In this document: positions 39,301 through 52,029 of the stretch, piece after piece
Numbering within the stretch: position 1 is the first letter of the stretch
How the letters are laid out: every line of letters begins with the position of its first letter
Assembly (NCBI GenBank): GCA_002269645.1
Contig: NIVC01001849.1
Span: 124,001 to 188,000, forward strand
DNA: 64,000 bases
Direction: 5' to 3'
DNA from: Macrostomum lignano
Taxonomy: Eukaryota
Notes under the pieces: model-generated
Database searches by the model: none
The model's input: only the letters and a program-made list of their open reading frames with translations
Told to the model about the DNA's origin: nothing
Position numbers and translations under genes: made by a program

Positions 39301-40491
39301 AAATATGGGATCGTAATACGTATCATGCATTGAATGACTAGCAAATCCATCTCTCTACAAGTACTTCTTTGTATTCTTCGACGTTGAAATATCGATCCAA
39401 ATGATTCTCTAGCAGACTGACGGTGGTTAAAGCTTTTCTTTGACAGTGCTAACCTTATCAGCTCTTGGCTTGCCAGGATTTCCTCGATTTGCTTCAAAGT
39501 TGATCGATGCCCGAACCCACCCTACCGATTGATAAGTCACCCCCAAAAAGTTTGAAATCCCTGTAAGCAGTGCATGATGAGCTGAGCAGGAACTGAACTG
39601 AAGTGAAATTCGATCAGGTCGGAAGAGGTTCACAAGGACAATTTCTGCACAGCATGCATCATTGCATTCGCTCACTTTTCTGTACATATAGATAGCTCAA
39701 ACCAGCATAGAATACAATCTCAACTTTTGGCAACTCTGACATTTGTACTGCCAGCCTGCAATTTCTGAAATACTGGTTACTTGATAGTTTGTCTGTTCGC
39801 TATTCGTTGACTAAAGTCTTCTCGAGTTCAGGCCTATGATTATAGTTGAAGAAATTAGCACAGTCATTATCTTGTCTACCCTTGCTGTGTATTTTTCTCT
39901 TTCTTCATTCTCTCTGTGGTGTGACTTATCTTTGTTTTATCAAATGTACTGACTCTATTTATCTGTGACTTTCCAAATTGCAACTAAGCATAACACGTAA
40001 CTTCACTCAGTCAAATGCTTCATTTCTTCGAAATGGTGTCTAGAGCCATAATCCGAGCACTGCATGATGCATTCAAAATTCAACGCACTAGTCTCAAGAG
40101 ATTAGCCATTTTTACGAAGTATGCCATATAGTCTACTTTTGATTACTACGCTCGTATCATATTCTCTATGATACGAGCTCGACAGGCTGAACCAGTGAGA
40201 GAAAAGTGAGAATACTTTGCTAAAAAGCGGATACAGTCCGTGCATCTCAAGGATGTGCAATGTTCGGTATTTCGTCACGTTTATTGTTGCTATGTGGCTG
40301 TCAAGAGCGCAAGAAATGTATTGCCCATTCATTCAGTTAATACTGTAGTAGCTACGACGCGTACTCAGCGTGAGCACTGTACGAATATATTTTGGGCTGA
40401 GATTAGCAGTAATGTATAAAATTACACACTAAAGCATAGTTAACAAACGATTTAAAAAAATTTAGTTTTTTACAGAAACTTCTCAGTGGAG

Positions 40492-41118
40492 TTACAGCAG
40501 AGTGCAAGGTCTCGTCTTATTATTTTTCTTCTTCTTGCCGCAGATGCCTTTAGCCATTAGGTGGGCTCGCACAGCCTCCTCCATAACCTGCTGCAGGCCG
40601 TGCCCAGTCAGTGCTGAACACTCTACGTACGTTTTGGCGCCAATTTCTGTCGCCATTGCTCGTCCCTCGCTGCTGTCAACCATGGTGATATTTTGCCGTT
40701 TCAGATAGTCGATGGCAGCCGAGTCAGTACGAAGATCGGCTTTGGTGGCCACTAAGATGATGGGCACGCTTGGGCCATAGTGCCCCAGCTCTGGGCGCCA
40801 CTTATCGCGCACATTCTTGAAGCTGTTCCGGCCGTCAACTGAAAAGCACACTACGAACACGTCGGTGTTGGTATAGCTGAGTGGTCGCAGTCTGTCGTAA
40901 TCCTCCTGGCCTGCCGTGTCCCACAGCTGCAATCGCACTGGCCGGCTGTCTACAGTGACGTCGTACGAGAAGTTGTCAACAATCGTTGGCACATAAGTCG
41001 TCGGGAAGCCTTTCTTCATGTAGACGCTTAGCATGCAGGTCTTGCCAACGGAGCCATCGCCAACTAGAACGACTTTGAGCGTATCTACTCTGTTGCTGCT
41101 GTTAGCGTTATTAGACAT
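40492..41118 (-). CDS. Rho-family GTPase, intronless, 208 aa, CAAX intact
   Basis: GDGSVGKT, YVPTIVDNF, DTAGQED, TKAD, ECSA; polybasic tail ending CTLL. Confidence 0.92.
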   Translation of the reverse strand: MSNNANSSNRVDTLKVVLVGDGSVGKTCMLSVYMKKGFPTTYVPTIVDNFSYDVTVDSRPVRLQLWDTAGQEDYDRLRPLSYTNTDVFVVCFSVDGRNSFKNVRDKWRPELGHYGPSVPIILVATKADLRTDSAAIDYLKRQNITMVDSSEGRAMATEIGAKTYVECSALTGHGLQQVMEEAVRAHLMAKGICGKKKKNNKTRPCTLL

Positions 41119-42352
41119 TTGCTATTGCCTTTGGCCAGCCACTCTAAACTTTTGGGGCTGGGGGAGTCTAAGTTGCAACTCGTATAGAGTATAGAGCGAA
41201 CCAGATGAAGATAGAGCAGAGTGTGTCTCGTTTGGTTTATTTGGAAGGTTTCTCGTGGAAGCAAAGTAAATAGCACAGTAATGGCATATGTTCTGCAAAT
41301 AGCGTTCCTGCTTTTATGTGCAGTGCGCAAGAAATTCGGCTTCTTTCTTCACCAGCGTACTGGCTGCGCCCGTGTAGAGTGCCGCAGGCGAGCGGTTTGT
41401 CCAAACCCTCTTCCACTCTGTCCCTGTCTGTACACTCGAGAAAGGCATACCTCGGGGCTCTTTCAAACAGAAAACTTTTATTTTGGCTCTGACTAATTAG
41501 GTTAAATTTAGCGTAAGAAGTCTGTCCATTATTTTGTACAGCATCTATCATTTAAACTTTTTTTTCTGAGTAATCATGACCCCTCGAGCGAAGATGCTTG
41601 CTGCTACTGAGTGCACGTTGGTCTTGAGAAAGCTCTCTCTTTTCTCTCTTCTTTCCTGTCTTTTCTTTGATAACTTAAGGAATATTGAGTCGTTACTGTT
41701 TGCTTCATTTCTTAGCTTGAAGCTTAGATGACAAGAATGTTTACTTGGAGATGACATTTCCTAGTCAAATCAAGTTCTCCATTTAAATGTAGACAGAATA
41801 AAAACTTCTCTTAAAACTGTCCATTTTTTTCTAGGCTTGAATAGAGTTAAAACATGAAACAATTTAAAGCAACGGAGAAAACACTGACCCGTTTGTTTGC
41901 GCCTGTAGCTGCAGTAACATTTAAATGCAAATTTGTTATTGTCATTTGCGCATCTTATCTCACAACTAAGCATCGGGCAACAGTCGCTGCCGCCCTTGCT
42001 CCGCAAACTGCGCAGAGGCTACATGCTGTTTCGCTTTTTGGGGATGCAATGAGCCGTTTTGGTTTTCGAGGAGCGGACGAGCAAGCAGCAAGTCAGGAAA
42101 AATTAATTCCGCACAAAATTTCCTAATTTAGTTTATTTTATGCAAACGCGTGCGTACGACGAACTAAACGCATGTCCGCCAACAATTAACGACAGAGTAT
42201 ATGTATTATTCTAGTTCTGCTTTAAAATTGTATGCACAAACACAAAGATGCTGAAATCCATGGTGAAAAGTCTACTGAAAGATTGGAATGATTAGTGCGT
42301 CATGATTTCTGTAAATTTATGGTCCATATGTTCCTGTTTTCCAGCTTAGTTC

Positions 42353-42934
42353 TTAGAGAACGCTGCAGCTAGGGTTTGGCTTCCTGTGCGGCTTTGTTGG
42401 CATCATCACTGCTCGAATGGCCTCATCGAACACAGTTTTAAGTCCCATCTGCATGCGAGCTGAACACTCCAGGTACTTAACCGCGTTGATCTCCTTGGCT
42501 AGTGCCAGGCCCTGCGCCTGAGAAATCGGAGCCTGATTCTTGCTCTTTAGTTTATCAATGGTATCCTTTTCCTCCCGAAGGTCCATCTTGGTTCCAACTA
42601 GCACGATTGGCTTGTTAGGACAGTGGTGGCTCACCTCCCGGTACCATTTGGCTCGGACATTCTCATAGCTGGCTGGGCTTACTAAGGAGAAGCAGACCAG
42701 GAACACGTCCGTATGCGGGTAGCTCAGCGGCCTCAGCCTGTCGTAGTCATCCTGGCCTGCCGTGTCCCACAGGCCTAAGTTGATGGGCTTGTTATCGACC
42801 ATGACGTTTGCTGAGAAGCTGTCGAACACTGTTGGAATGTACTCGCTTGGAAAGGTGTTGGTTGTGTAAGAAATCAACAGGCAGGTCTTGCCGACACCTC
42901 CGTCGCCGACAACAACGCACTTGATTGACTGCAT
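42353..42934 (-). CDS. Rac-like GTPase, intronless, 193 aa, CAAX intact
   Basis: [39 protein letters not shown]; ends CSVL. Confidence 0.94.
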   Translation of the reverse strand: MQSIKCVVVGDGGVGKTCLLISYTTNTFPSEYIPTVFDSFSANVMVDNKPINLGLWDTAGQDDYDRLRPLSYPHTDVFLVCFSLVSPASYENVRAKWYREVSHHCPNKPIVLVGTKMDLREEKDTIDKLKSKNQAPISQAQGLALAKEINAVKYLECSARMQMGLKTVFDEAIRAVMMPTKPHRKPNPSCSVL

Positions 42935-44358
42935 GGCTATGTTTTATCAGTAGCTGTGTGCCTGTTCGCAACAGAGGAAGGTCACTTTATGCTGAATCAA
43001 GCCTCAGTCTGGGGTCGGCTAGAGCACTGAGCCATTGCTTTTTCAACGCACAATAGGCTATAAATGCAGCACAGCTGGAGGGCAAGGGGAGGGTTTCAAA
43101 TTTGAGTTTCAGATTTGGTCAGCTTCTAAAAATAGTACAGCAGTCTCTCGGGGTAAGGTGGACGTTGTAGGTCACTGGGTGGGTACCTGGGAGAGTGGGG
43201 TACTCGGAAAACATTCGAGTCTTCAACCAATCAGTGAAAAGAGCTTGAGGTGTTACCGCGACAAAATTGGCCTGCGTCAGCCTCAAAGCGTACTAGTTTT
43301 TCTCTTCAACTAATTATTATTTCGGCTGTTTTCGTACGAGTGTACGCTTTCAGCGAATGCTAAATCTCAATATAGAGATAAAAAAGAGAGCAAAAAAGCT
43401 GGGGCTTATGCCAGTCGCACGAGGTCTAGCGTCTCACAGGCGTTTACGAGTCGCAATTTACATCCGGTTGAGAGAGCAATTTGGGCCGAGTAGTTTAGTT
43501 ATGCTCTTACCGGGAGTAAACAAGCTAAAACCTGGAGTTTTAGCAGCAGTTAATCTGATTCTTTACCTATTGCGAAAAGAATACGCTGGATAGTGAATAC
43601 ACGTTACGAGTAGTAATCAATTCTGGGTGAATTTTATTTATGTGAATAAATTTTTCAGGTCTGAAGTATTCAAAACTACACGTAGCGACGAAAGTTCGTT
43701 TACGCTTATTACTCGAATAGTAGCTTTCTAATCGGTCGCATTCAAGACTTGTTATCTAGAAAGTTTACTTATAGTTTATTTATAGTGTACTTATATTTTA
43801 CTCAGTTGCATCACTTAATTAAATGAAGTTTTTCATGACTAGGCCTGCCAACAAAAGTCCAGATTTTTTAGCAGCTAGATTTTCTTGCCTAAGCTGGATC
43901 TGAACTTGTTAAATATGAAAATATACTGTTCCATTGGTTAATTAATCTCGAACTGTTATATATGTGTGCCGAAGCTAGTTCATATTAGTTGTATATTGCC
44001 TGAATGATGACAATTTAACGTCCGGCCTAGCTGATAACGATTTTATCGCTTGAACACTCCATTGCTTGCGACTGTACTTGAAGGACGAATGAACCAAACA
44101 CTAAATAAGTTTGTACAGCCACCGCAAAGGATAGTGCTCTAACCTTCGAAACTTACCGTGAATATACAGTAGAGCTGAGATAATGGTCAATCTGCATTTC
44201 TTTCCCTGACTGAGGCCAAAGTGGCCCTGTATCCGAAGTAAACAACCAACGGATGCTAATTAAAACATAGTTAAAACTTGGACGCACCCGCTACATAAAG
44301 TTTCAACCCGAAATTCGATTAAAAGACACTGCAGCATTTGGCAATAAGGAAACCCCCA

Positions 44359-47300
44359 ATGCCACGAAAGTGGTGCTCCTGGTCATGGAGCCCGACGCAT
44401 CAGGAGAGTTCACCGGAGCCGAGCCGAGTTCAAACCAGCATCAAGTGCCTTGCAGTCGGAGACAGAGCCGTTGGCAAGTCCTCGCTGTTACTTACTTTAG
44501 CTCACGAAGGAGCAAGGCTGGTTTTTTTAATCAAACAGAACTCATCAACCATTTTGGAACGAACAAGGAAGCTCTTCTTGCTGGATATAGGGTGCTTCGA
44601 AGGAGACTCAAACAGACAGGTGAACATTGACTACTCCCAAGCAGATGTGCTTCTCGTATGTTTCTCTCTAGTCGGACAGGGCAGCTTTGAGAGCGTACAG
44701 ACAAGGTGGCACGCTGAGTTGAGTCAACGCTGTCCAGAAATTCCAATCATTCTTGTTGGAACGAAGCTGGACCTGCGAAACGACAGCTCAACAATCGTCA
44801 GGTTAAAGGAGAGGGATCAGGCACCCATAACAAATCAGCAGGGCATGACAATGGCAAAGAAAATCAATGCAATGAGTTACCTTGAGTGCTCCGCCCTGAC
44901 TTGTGATGGTCTGACTGAAGTCATCGGCGCAATCGTAAGAAGCAGTGTTTCGGGATCTCCAAGAGATTCAGTCACAGTGGCACGGAAACCAAATCACAGA
45001 AGGTACGCTTGTCAATAAAAATTTAATTTTAAAGTATATTCTTCGATAGTAAAAGTCATGGAATCAGTAAATATTAGTAAATCTCATATTAACTGACGCG
45101 AATACTTGCATTGTAAACGTGATAGAGTGGCCATCACATAGTTACATGTGAAAAGCGTGATTCAACTAGACAGATATGTAAAGATATTCCAAGAGAAAAG
45201 TTTCCTAAGACATAAACATCTCCAGGACCTTAGCTGAGGTTATCAGTACAAAGTTGCCATTGGTACGGTATTGCACCTGATGAATTGTTTCTTCTCAGTG
45301 ATTTCTTCAAGTTACTCTGGAAACTTGCACGACTGATTTCTAGGAGGCTTCTCGGCATCAGGTCTTTCTTCCGCTCGATAAGGGAATCCTGGAAAATGAA
45401 CCCAGTGTTCAAACTAAGTTATGATTTGTAAGTAATACTCGAAGTCTTCATAAAAAATTTGCAGGCCCCTGCTATTGCCAGATATCCGCAATTGACTTTG
45501 TGCTTTCAATTTATAGTTCCATAATCGATGCACCAACTGAAGATTGCGACAATGATGACTGTGTATACGATTTACTTCAGGATGCAGCGACGGGTATTTT
45601 GACTGCGTGAGTAATCCAACCATTTTTCCTCAGATGCAGAGCCACAGTTCAACGTTGAAAATAATCAAACACATTTTTAGTTCGGAAGCTGAACCCTGTT
45701 CGGAATACGAGATTGTTGATTCGGACGATGAATCGAACGGAAACAACGCTAGTTCGAACAATCGACACTATGAGAAGACCGAACTCAAGCACGCAGTTCA
45801 AACTGATTTTCTACAGCAGAGGGATGACCTTGCGGAGAACAGTGCTAATGGGTGAGCAGGAAATCCTTTGTAGACAGAGCCGCTGTAGCTCGTACTTCCC
45901 CCTGTAGTGTGTGTGTATTTAGGGATCAACGGACTGGGCATAACTGTTTGTCACTGTGCTAGCTTCTGGCGTACTTGCCATGCAGAGCACAAAGCCCTAA
46001 GCTAACTAAGTTGTACAATGTAAACGCACATTTTTACAGCGAGGAGGAAAGAAAACATGCTGATTTTACGTCAACAAAAATGGACAAAGTATCGGAGCAA
46101 GAGTTAAGGCAACCAACAACAAAGCGGAAGATCGTGCTGATCGGTGACGAAGGCGTGGGCAAAACCTGTCTGATTTTGTCCCATGCCAAACGCATCTGTC
46201 CTGCTGACTATGTTCCTACTGAAGCTGACGATTGTATTCCTAGCTCGGATGGCAGCGCCGACCTCGGTCTGTGGGACCTCAGCGGCTCGAGGGACTTCGA
46301 CAGAGTGCGGCCAGAGAGCTACGGACTGGCGGGCGTCATCCTCATCTGCTTTTCCATAGCCAGTCCATCCACTTTCGACAGCGTGCTTAACCGCTGGCGG
46401 CCGGAGGTGGCTCGCTACTGCCCTGACGCCCCAATTATTTTGGTTGGGACCAAAGCAGACTTGCGGACTGACCCAGTCGCTCTGAAGAGGTTGCGACGCA
46501 TGAGACTAGTCCCGATAGCTCCAACCCAGGGCGATGACCTGGCCAAGGAGATCGGCGCTGTCGCCTATCTGGAGTGCTCGGCCTTGCATCGAATCGGAAT
46601 AGACGATCTCTTTAAAAAGGCTTCACAGGTTTCTTTCAGGCAAGTTTGGTTTTCGATGATTTTTATGAATTTCTTTGCAAGTCATTCTGAAATCTAAAAA
46701 AATCAAGAATAAGCTAGAGTTGATTGGTTTGATGTTATTACGATTTCACAGAATTTTCTATATTTTCTATATCCATACACTAAAATGGTCTTTTCCGCTA
46801 GAAATATTTAATCAGGGTTCAGCTTTGAGTTTTAAAGTTTGTCTTAATCTCTGTAAGTCTTTGAACATTTGAGTTCTTAAATCTTAAGTAATCGATACTG
46901 AATCGGCCGATATAAATATCCACGACAGACAGGCAGATGATTGAATTTGAATTTTTCTGTGGTTGAATTGCACTACTGCTCAATGTGTTATGTTCGCTGG
47001 GATAAAAAAAGTGCTTTCAGACATACAAGCCATAAATCTCATATTCTATCGATACTAGATTTATTCTTAGTGTGATTATTATAGCTTTTTCCAGCCATTT
47101 TAGGGCATTTGCGCATTTAAATTAATCCTTAAAGATGCTTCCCAAAGTAATGGAGCTTTTGTCTTTGGTACCAAGGCTGGCATGGCACTGCAGCATTAAT
47201 ATTGGTCCAACAGGCATCAATTTGGTCCATAGCGGCTATGAAACCCTATCACGAGTTTGTAATGCAATTTTTCACTTTACCAGTGCAAGGTGACGTCAAA

Positions 47301-48622
47301 AATGCAATCTGCTCAACTATAACAAAGAGCATTTTAGTATGGTCGAAACGTTGCTTTAATCAGAAGCCCTTGATGTTCGTTCGATAGCCTAGCGTATGGC
47401 CAACGATTCAAGACCAGATTTTGCACCTCTTCAGCAGTTGCAAATGAAGCATTGTTTTCGTCCACATTGCTTGATAGTCATGCCTAAATGAAAATCTAGG
47501 GGTGAAACTATAGAGCTATGGACCGGATTGATGCTTGTTGGACCAAATTAAATGCAGCTGTGCCATCCTTGCTACCATAGACAAAAGCTCCGTTACATTG
47601 GTAAGCATATCTTGGATTCAATTAAATGCGTAAAAGCCCAAATGAGCTGCAAAAAGCTTTATCATATTTAATCAGTATCGACTACGAACGTGAAAGAGAT
47701 AAGAGATCCGCGGCACAAACACTCTTGTTTTATGCGTTTATGGATTCACTTAAGTTGATAATTAGCTAAAGCTTTCCTCTCAAATTTACCATCCAGACGG
47801 GATGACGTCTACGCACATGTATACAGCGAAGCGAAGTCCTCTCACCCTAGAGTTCCGCGGCCGCCGCCTCTGCCGCCGCATCCGAATGAATTCTACAAGG
47901 TCACATCGCCGCAGGGTCTTTGTCTTGTTGTGAATATTTACAAATACGATAAAGGCTTCAATCTCGAAAATCGACTTGGATCCGATTTAGATGTAAAGCG
48001 AGTAGAGAGCGTCTTTCGCAAGCTCAACTTTCAGGTGACAGTGCTGGAGAATCTGAAGTGTCACGAGATTGCAAAGCTCATGAGCAAAATAGCAATCTCC
48101 GAAGAAACTGAGTCACACGGCTGCTTCTTCTGCTTTTTGATGGCCCACGGCTCAAACGGACGCATCTACGGAAGCGATGGCGAGTCTTTGGAGATTCGCT
48201 CGATCCTGGAGAGATTTCGCGCCAACCAGTGCTTCAATCTGCGTCACAAGCCGAAGGCGTTCTTCATCCAGGCATGCCGTGGAAGCGACAATGAGTCCGA
48301 GAAAGATACTCAGGTGGACAAGTTTGTCTCTGACAACACGGGATTGCACTGTCCCTTGGACAGCGATTTCCTGTTGTGCTACGCCACAACCGAGGGCTAC
48401 TCTGCCCTTCGGGACAAAGAAGGTGGTTCACCATTCGTGCAGACCCTGTGCGATGTACTTGAAGAGCGACACTCAAGTGAGCACCTGGTGGATATCATGA
48501 CTAACGTAAACTGTCGGCTCAAGGAGAACCCGATCAAAGAGAAGAGCCAAAATTTGTATTCCGTAACCGAGACTGTCACCAGGTTGTCCAAGAAGTTTTT
48601 CCTTGATCCAACTCTCGCATGA
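44359..48622 (+). CDS. Predicted Rho-like/Rho-like/caspase fusion gene (gene W), 746 aa. Exons: 44359-45002, 45681-45851, 46040-46639, 47797-48622; optional exon 45299-45361
   Basis: Donors AG|GTACGC, GG|GTGAGC and CAG|GCAAGT and acceptors TTTTTAG|, TTTACAG| and ATCCAG| are all phase 2; exon total is 2,241 nt with no internal stop. The caspase frame has MAHGSNG and QACRG and no in-frame ATG upstream of the domain. Confidence 0.65.
47082..47663. mobile_element. MITE with about 165-bp imperfect terminal inverted repeats, in the Rho-caspase intron
   Basis: 47082-47250 is the reverse complement of 47497-47663 (GGAGCTTTTGTCT, TTGGTCCAACA.GCATCAAT, GGTCCATAGC blocks). Confidence 0.8.
47797..48622 (+). 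CDS. Caspase catalytic domain exon (p20+p10) preceded by a Pro-rich segment
   Basis: FYKVTSPQGLCLVVNIY, RLGSDLD, CFLMAHG, PKAFFIQACRG, DSDFLLCYAT, ALRDKEGGSPFVQTLC, TRLSKKFF. Confidence 0.93.
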
Positions 48623-50329
48623 TGTTTTGTTAATATTTTAACGTCTGCAGTTCTCAACAAAATAGTGCGCTCGAATAGTGGAAGTTATCTGCTATTTTAA
48701 TTTAGACCAATGATCACTTTGATCGTTTGGTCACAGACTAATTAACTGATAAAGTCTTTCTAGATCTTGTGCGTTCCATTCAAGGATTGATACGAGTATA
48801 TACTGCCTGATTGCTGGGGTCTGAAGACGAAAATCTTAACTACGCAAAGCGAAGGACCTGCCCTGCCATTCACTGTTATTGGATGAAATTTCAAAAAGTT
48901 TTTTTGGAATTCTCTATGGAGTCTCGTTCCCTAATTTAATCAGAAATTTAGTCTAGCTGAGCTATAGTCTGAGCTATAGACTTTCGTGTCTTCGATTCCA
49001 GTGTCGCCTTATTTGAAAGAATAAGGGACATCAGGGCGGAACATTTTCGTGTCGTTTGAGTGCTCATTGCTACTGAATTGGCAAAAGTACAAGATAAACA
49101 CTTGGAAACTAAAATCTGCACTAACAAATGCTTGACTCGAGTAACCAGGGTGGGCAGAACTTGTAGCTCAATTTGACCATAGACAAAATTTCTGCTTATT
49201 GTGGGGCCAAGGTTCAACTAAAATTTCATTCAATAGCAGCGAACGGTAGGAAAAGTCGCTCACTTTGCGTAGTTAAATTTTTCGTCCCCGGACTGTCAAT
49301 CCAGGTACAACTAGTACTGTTAAATCTCATCAAACCAGGTGTTTACGATTTTTGTTGACTTGTTGACGGGCCGCTTTCAGTGTTGACGATCTCACCGCCT
49401 GCTATCTAGTTAATAAACACAGTTTTGATTACGAGCCGTGAGGATTTGCGAACCCAAGTCAATACGGTATATTGCGCATATTTTTAGTTAGCAATTAGTG
49501 AGTCAGTTTGCAGGACTCTGTTCTGACTGAATATTGTGCTGATAATAATGAATAAATACGTATTACTTGCAGTGTGATAAGATTTTCAGTGCAATCTAGA
49601 ATAATAATGAATTATTAATACGTATTTTACTTTATGCAGTGTGATATAGACATTTTCCTATACTTGTATATTTGTTTAGGAAGCATATCTATCGAATAGG
49701 TACATGTAAACTCATCATGCTATTGTAAATGTCAGAGTTACGAGCGGACTTCGCATGTGCAAAACTTAGGCCAGGGGCTGTTCTATCCAGAAAAAAATGT
49801 CAATAAAAGTGACAGATACAAATTTTTCTTTATTGCACCTTGTCACTTCAAAAACTACAAATATACAAAACACAGCCCTGCTGATCCAAAACTTCTGCGT
49901 TGCCTGTCTGCAGTTACGAAACCGAATCGGGGTGAATTTCCAGGCCCGCATTGCAGCGGAAGCTTTTGTTGCTGGAAGCTCGACTTTGCAAAATAGGGAA
50001 ATCTGGACCATGAGGAGAGAATAGTGTTGTAAAGTCTGCCATCAGCACTCTATATCGATTTTTGTCTCTTTACCAAGACATGCATGCAGCTCACTTCCGG
50101 TGACAGAATTCACTCTTCTACATGCCTCTCTATCACAAAATGCGAGCATTAACAGTTGTATAAATGCATGGCATCATGCACAGCTGAATTCTTAAGTACA
50201 CTTGGGTGTGTTGCGATAAGCTTGAATGTACGTTCGTCAAGTCGACTCGTTGTGTACATAACTGTTTCAGCGCAGAAATTGTTGCCCCAACCATTAAGGC
50301 TAAGAAATGATTAAGTGTGGATTTGCTTA

Positions 50330-50645
50330 GTTTCGATTTGGCTCTTGATCTACAAGCTAAAATGCCAATCTCGAAGTGAACCGTTGCTGGCGAGCCATCT
50401 AAGCAACGAATCAATTTTCCACCGTCCTTTCTACAAAAATATCTGATGCCTATTTAGCCTCTGTTTGAGCAATAGAGCCCTAACAACCCAGTTATTCTGG
50501 TTGGATCCAAGCAGAACTTCCCAGAGCGACAAGACAACCAATAAAAATGGAGAGAGAAAAGAAGTGGACACCGATTTCTAGACGATAAGCGGAAAAAATT
50601 AGCTACTAAAATCAAACAAATATTTTAAGAGCTCCGCACCTATGA
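50330..50645 (+). pseudogene. Heavily decayed Rho-like remnant
   Basis: Broken frames give RPFYKN, PNNPVILVGSK, WTPISRR*AEKLATKIK and KYFKSSA, which follow the order of the Rho C-terminal half. Confidence 0.5.
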
Positions 50646-50968
50646 GTTTGACTACTTATAAGAGTTTGACTCAAGAGTGTTTTCAAAAGAGCCCGTTGAA
50701 AACGATACCGTGACAAGAATCGCTAAAGAGCCATTGCAAACAACTCACTAGTGACTCTTGTGCGTCTGGGGCGACTCTTGTGACTTTTTAACAACTAAAA
50801 CTGCGACGGAGAGGTGACTGTTGCATCACAAGCGCATCACGTGAGTTTTAGAATCGTAAAAGAGTCGCGAAAAAGTCGTCCAATAATCGTTGTGCTGGCG
50901 CTTAAGTTCCTACAACTCGGTAGGCTAGTTTAAGTGCAATTAGGGTTCATAGGCTAATACTGAGTGTT

Positions 50969-51781
50969 CCTCGCCCGATGAAAACGGTACCTAGGCCAAG
51001 AAGTGTCCCGGAATCACTTGCGTCGCCTCAGAGTCGTTTCCGACGTGTTGCAGATGACAGGTCAATTAGGAAAGAAGTGATTCGAAACGACTCTAAAACG
51101 ACCAGATGAATTCGAGTCACATTTCCGGCGTTTCAGAGGCGTTCTGCAGTCGCATAAGAGTCGCAGAAGCTCTTCAGCGTTGCTGTAGAATCTTGAGCGC
51201 ATCACTTCTGAGCCGATGAGCATGCGTTTTCTATTCGCCAAAAAATGGCCGGTAGTAACGACTCTGTAACGCGTCCATAACGCCTACGAAGTGACGCACT
51301 AACGATTCTACAGTGACGCTAAAGCTCTTCTTCTGCGACTTTTTTGCGACTGCAGAGCGCCGCTGAACCGCCGGAAATGTGAGTCTAATTCATCAAGCGA
51401 TGCAAATGCGCTTCATTCACAACTCAGCGATTATAATGCAACTCTGGAACGCTTCAAGTATGACTCTACGTCCCCCATAATTGTTAGGCTCGTATACCGT
51501 CGCCCCAGAGTCACTAGATTCGCGTCAGAATCACTTGCGTCGCCCCAGAATCAGAGCCGCAGACAAGCCGCAGACAAGTTTCAAAGTGATTCTGGGGCGA
51601 CTCTTAGACGACTTTTTGGCGACTTTTACCGTAGATGTCGTCGTTTTAGAGTCGTTTAGAGTCACTTCTTTTCTATTTGACCTACTCTGTATGTCATCTG
51701 CAACGCGTCTGAAACGACTCTGGGGCGACGCAAGAGACTCCGGGACGCTTTTTGGCCTGGGTACCGTTTTCATCGGGGAGG
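50969..51781. mobile_element. About 810-bp near-palindromic MITE/foldback element
   Basis: Ends CCTCGCCCGATGAAAACGGTACC.. and ..GGTACCGTTTTCATCGGGGAGG; arms stay complementary for about 190 bp, plus an inner inverted pair (about 51105-51140 / 51360-51395). Confidence 0.8.
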
Positions 51782-52029
51782 TCACAAGGATTGTCTTAGC
51801 TATAGCGCTTCTCAAAGAATAAAGTTAGAATTAGAAATTTAATTTTAGAAACTTCGATCGTTTCACCCTATGCCACTCTTTACCGAACTATTCGTTCGGG
51901 TTCTTATTCACACTCCGTGCTTTTAGAAGAAGACGTAAGTTTTCTGACAAGCAAACCTGGCTAGCTCCTATATAACCTATGAATCAACATTTCATTTGCA
52001 TGCTACTACTCGTATAGTGTCTAAGCACT

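Noticed and set aside
39240-39700. Helical-looking minus-strand ORFs (LKQIEEILASQELIR...), considered as a death-fold remnant
   Set aside because: Frames are broken and there are no diagnostic residues; the resemblance is too weak without an HMM search.
43050-43065. TATAAA-like motif as promoter for gene W
   Set aside because: It is 1.3 kb from the predicted ATG, on the opposite strand to the adjacent Rac-like gene, and such motifs are common in AT-rich DNA.
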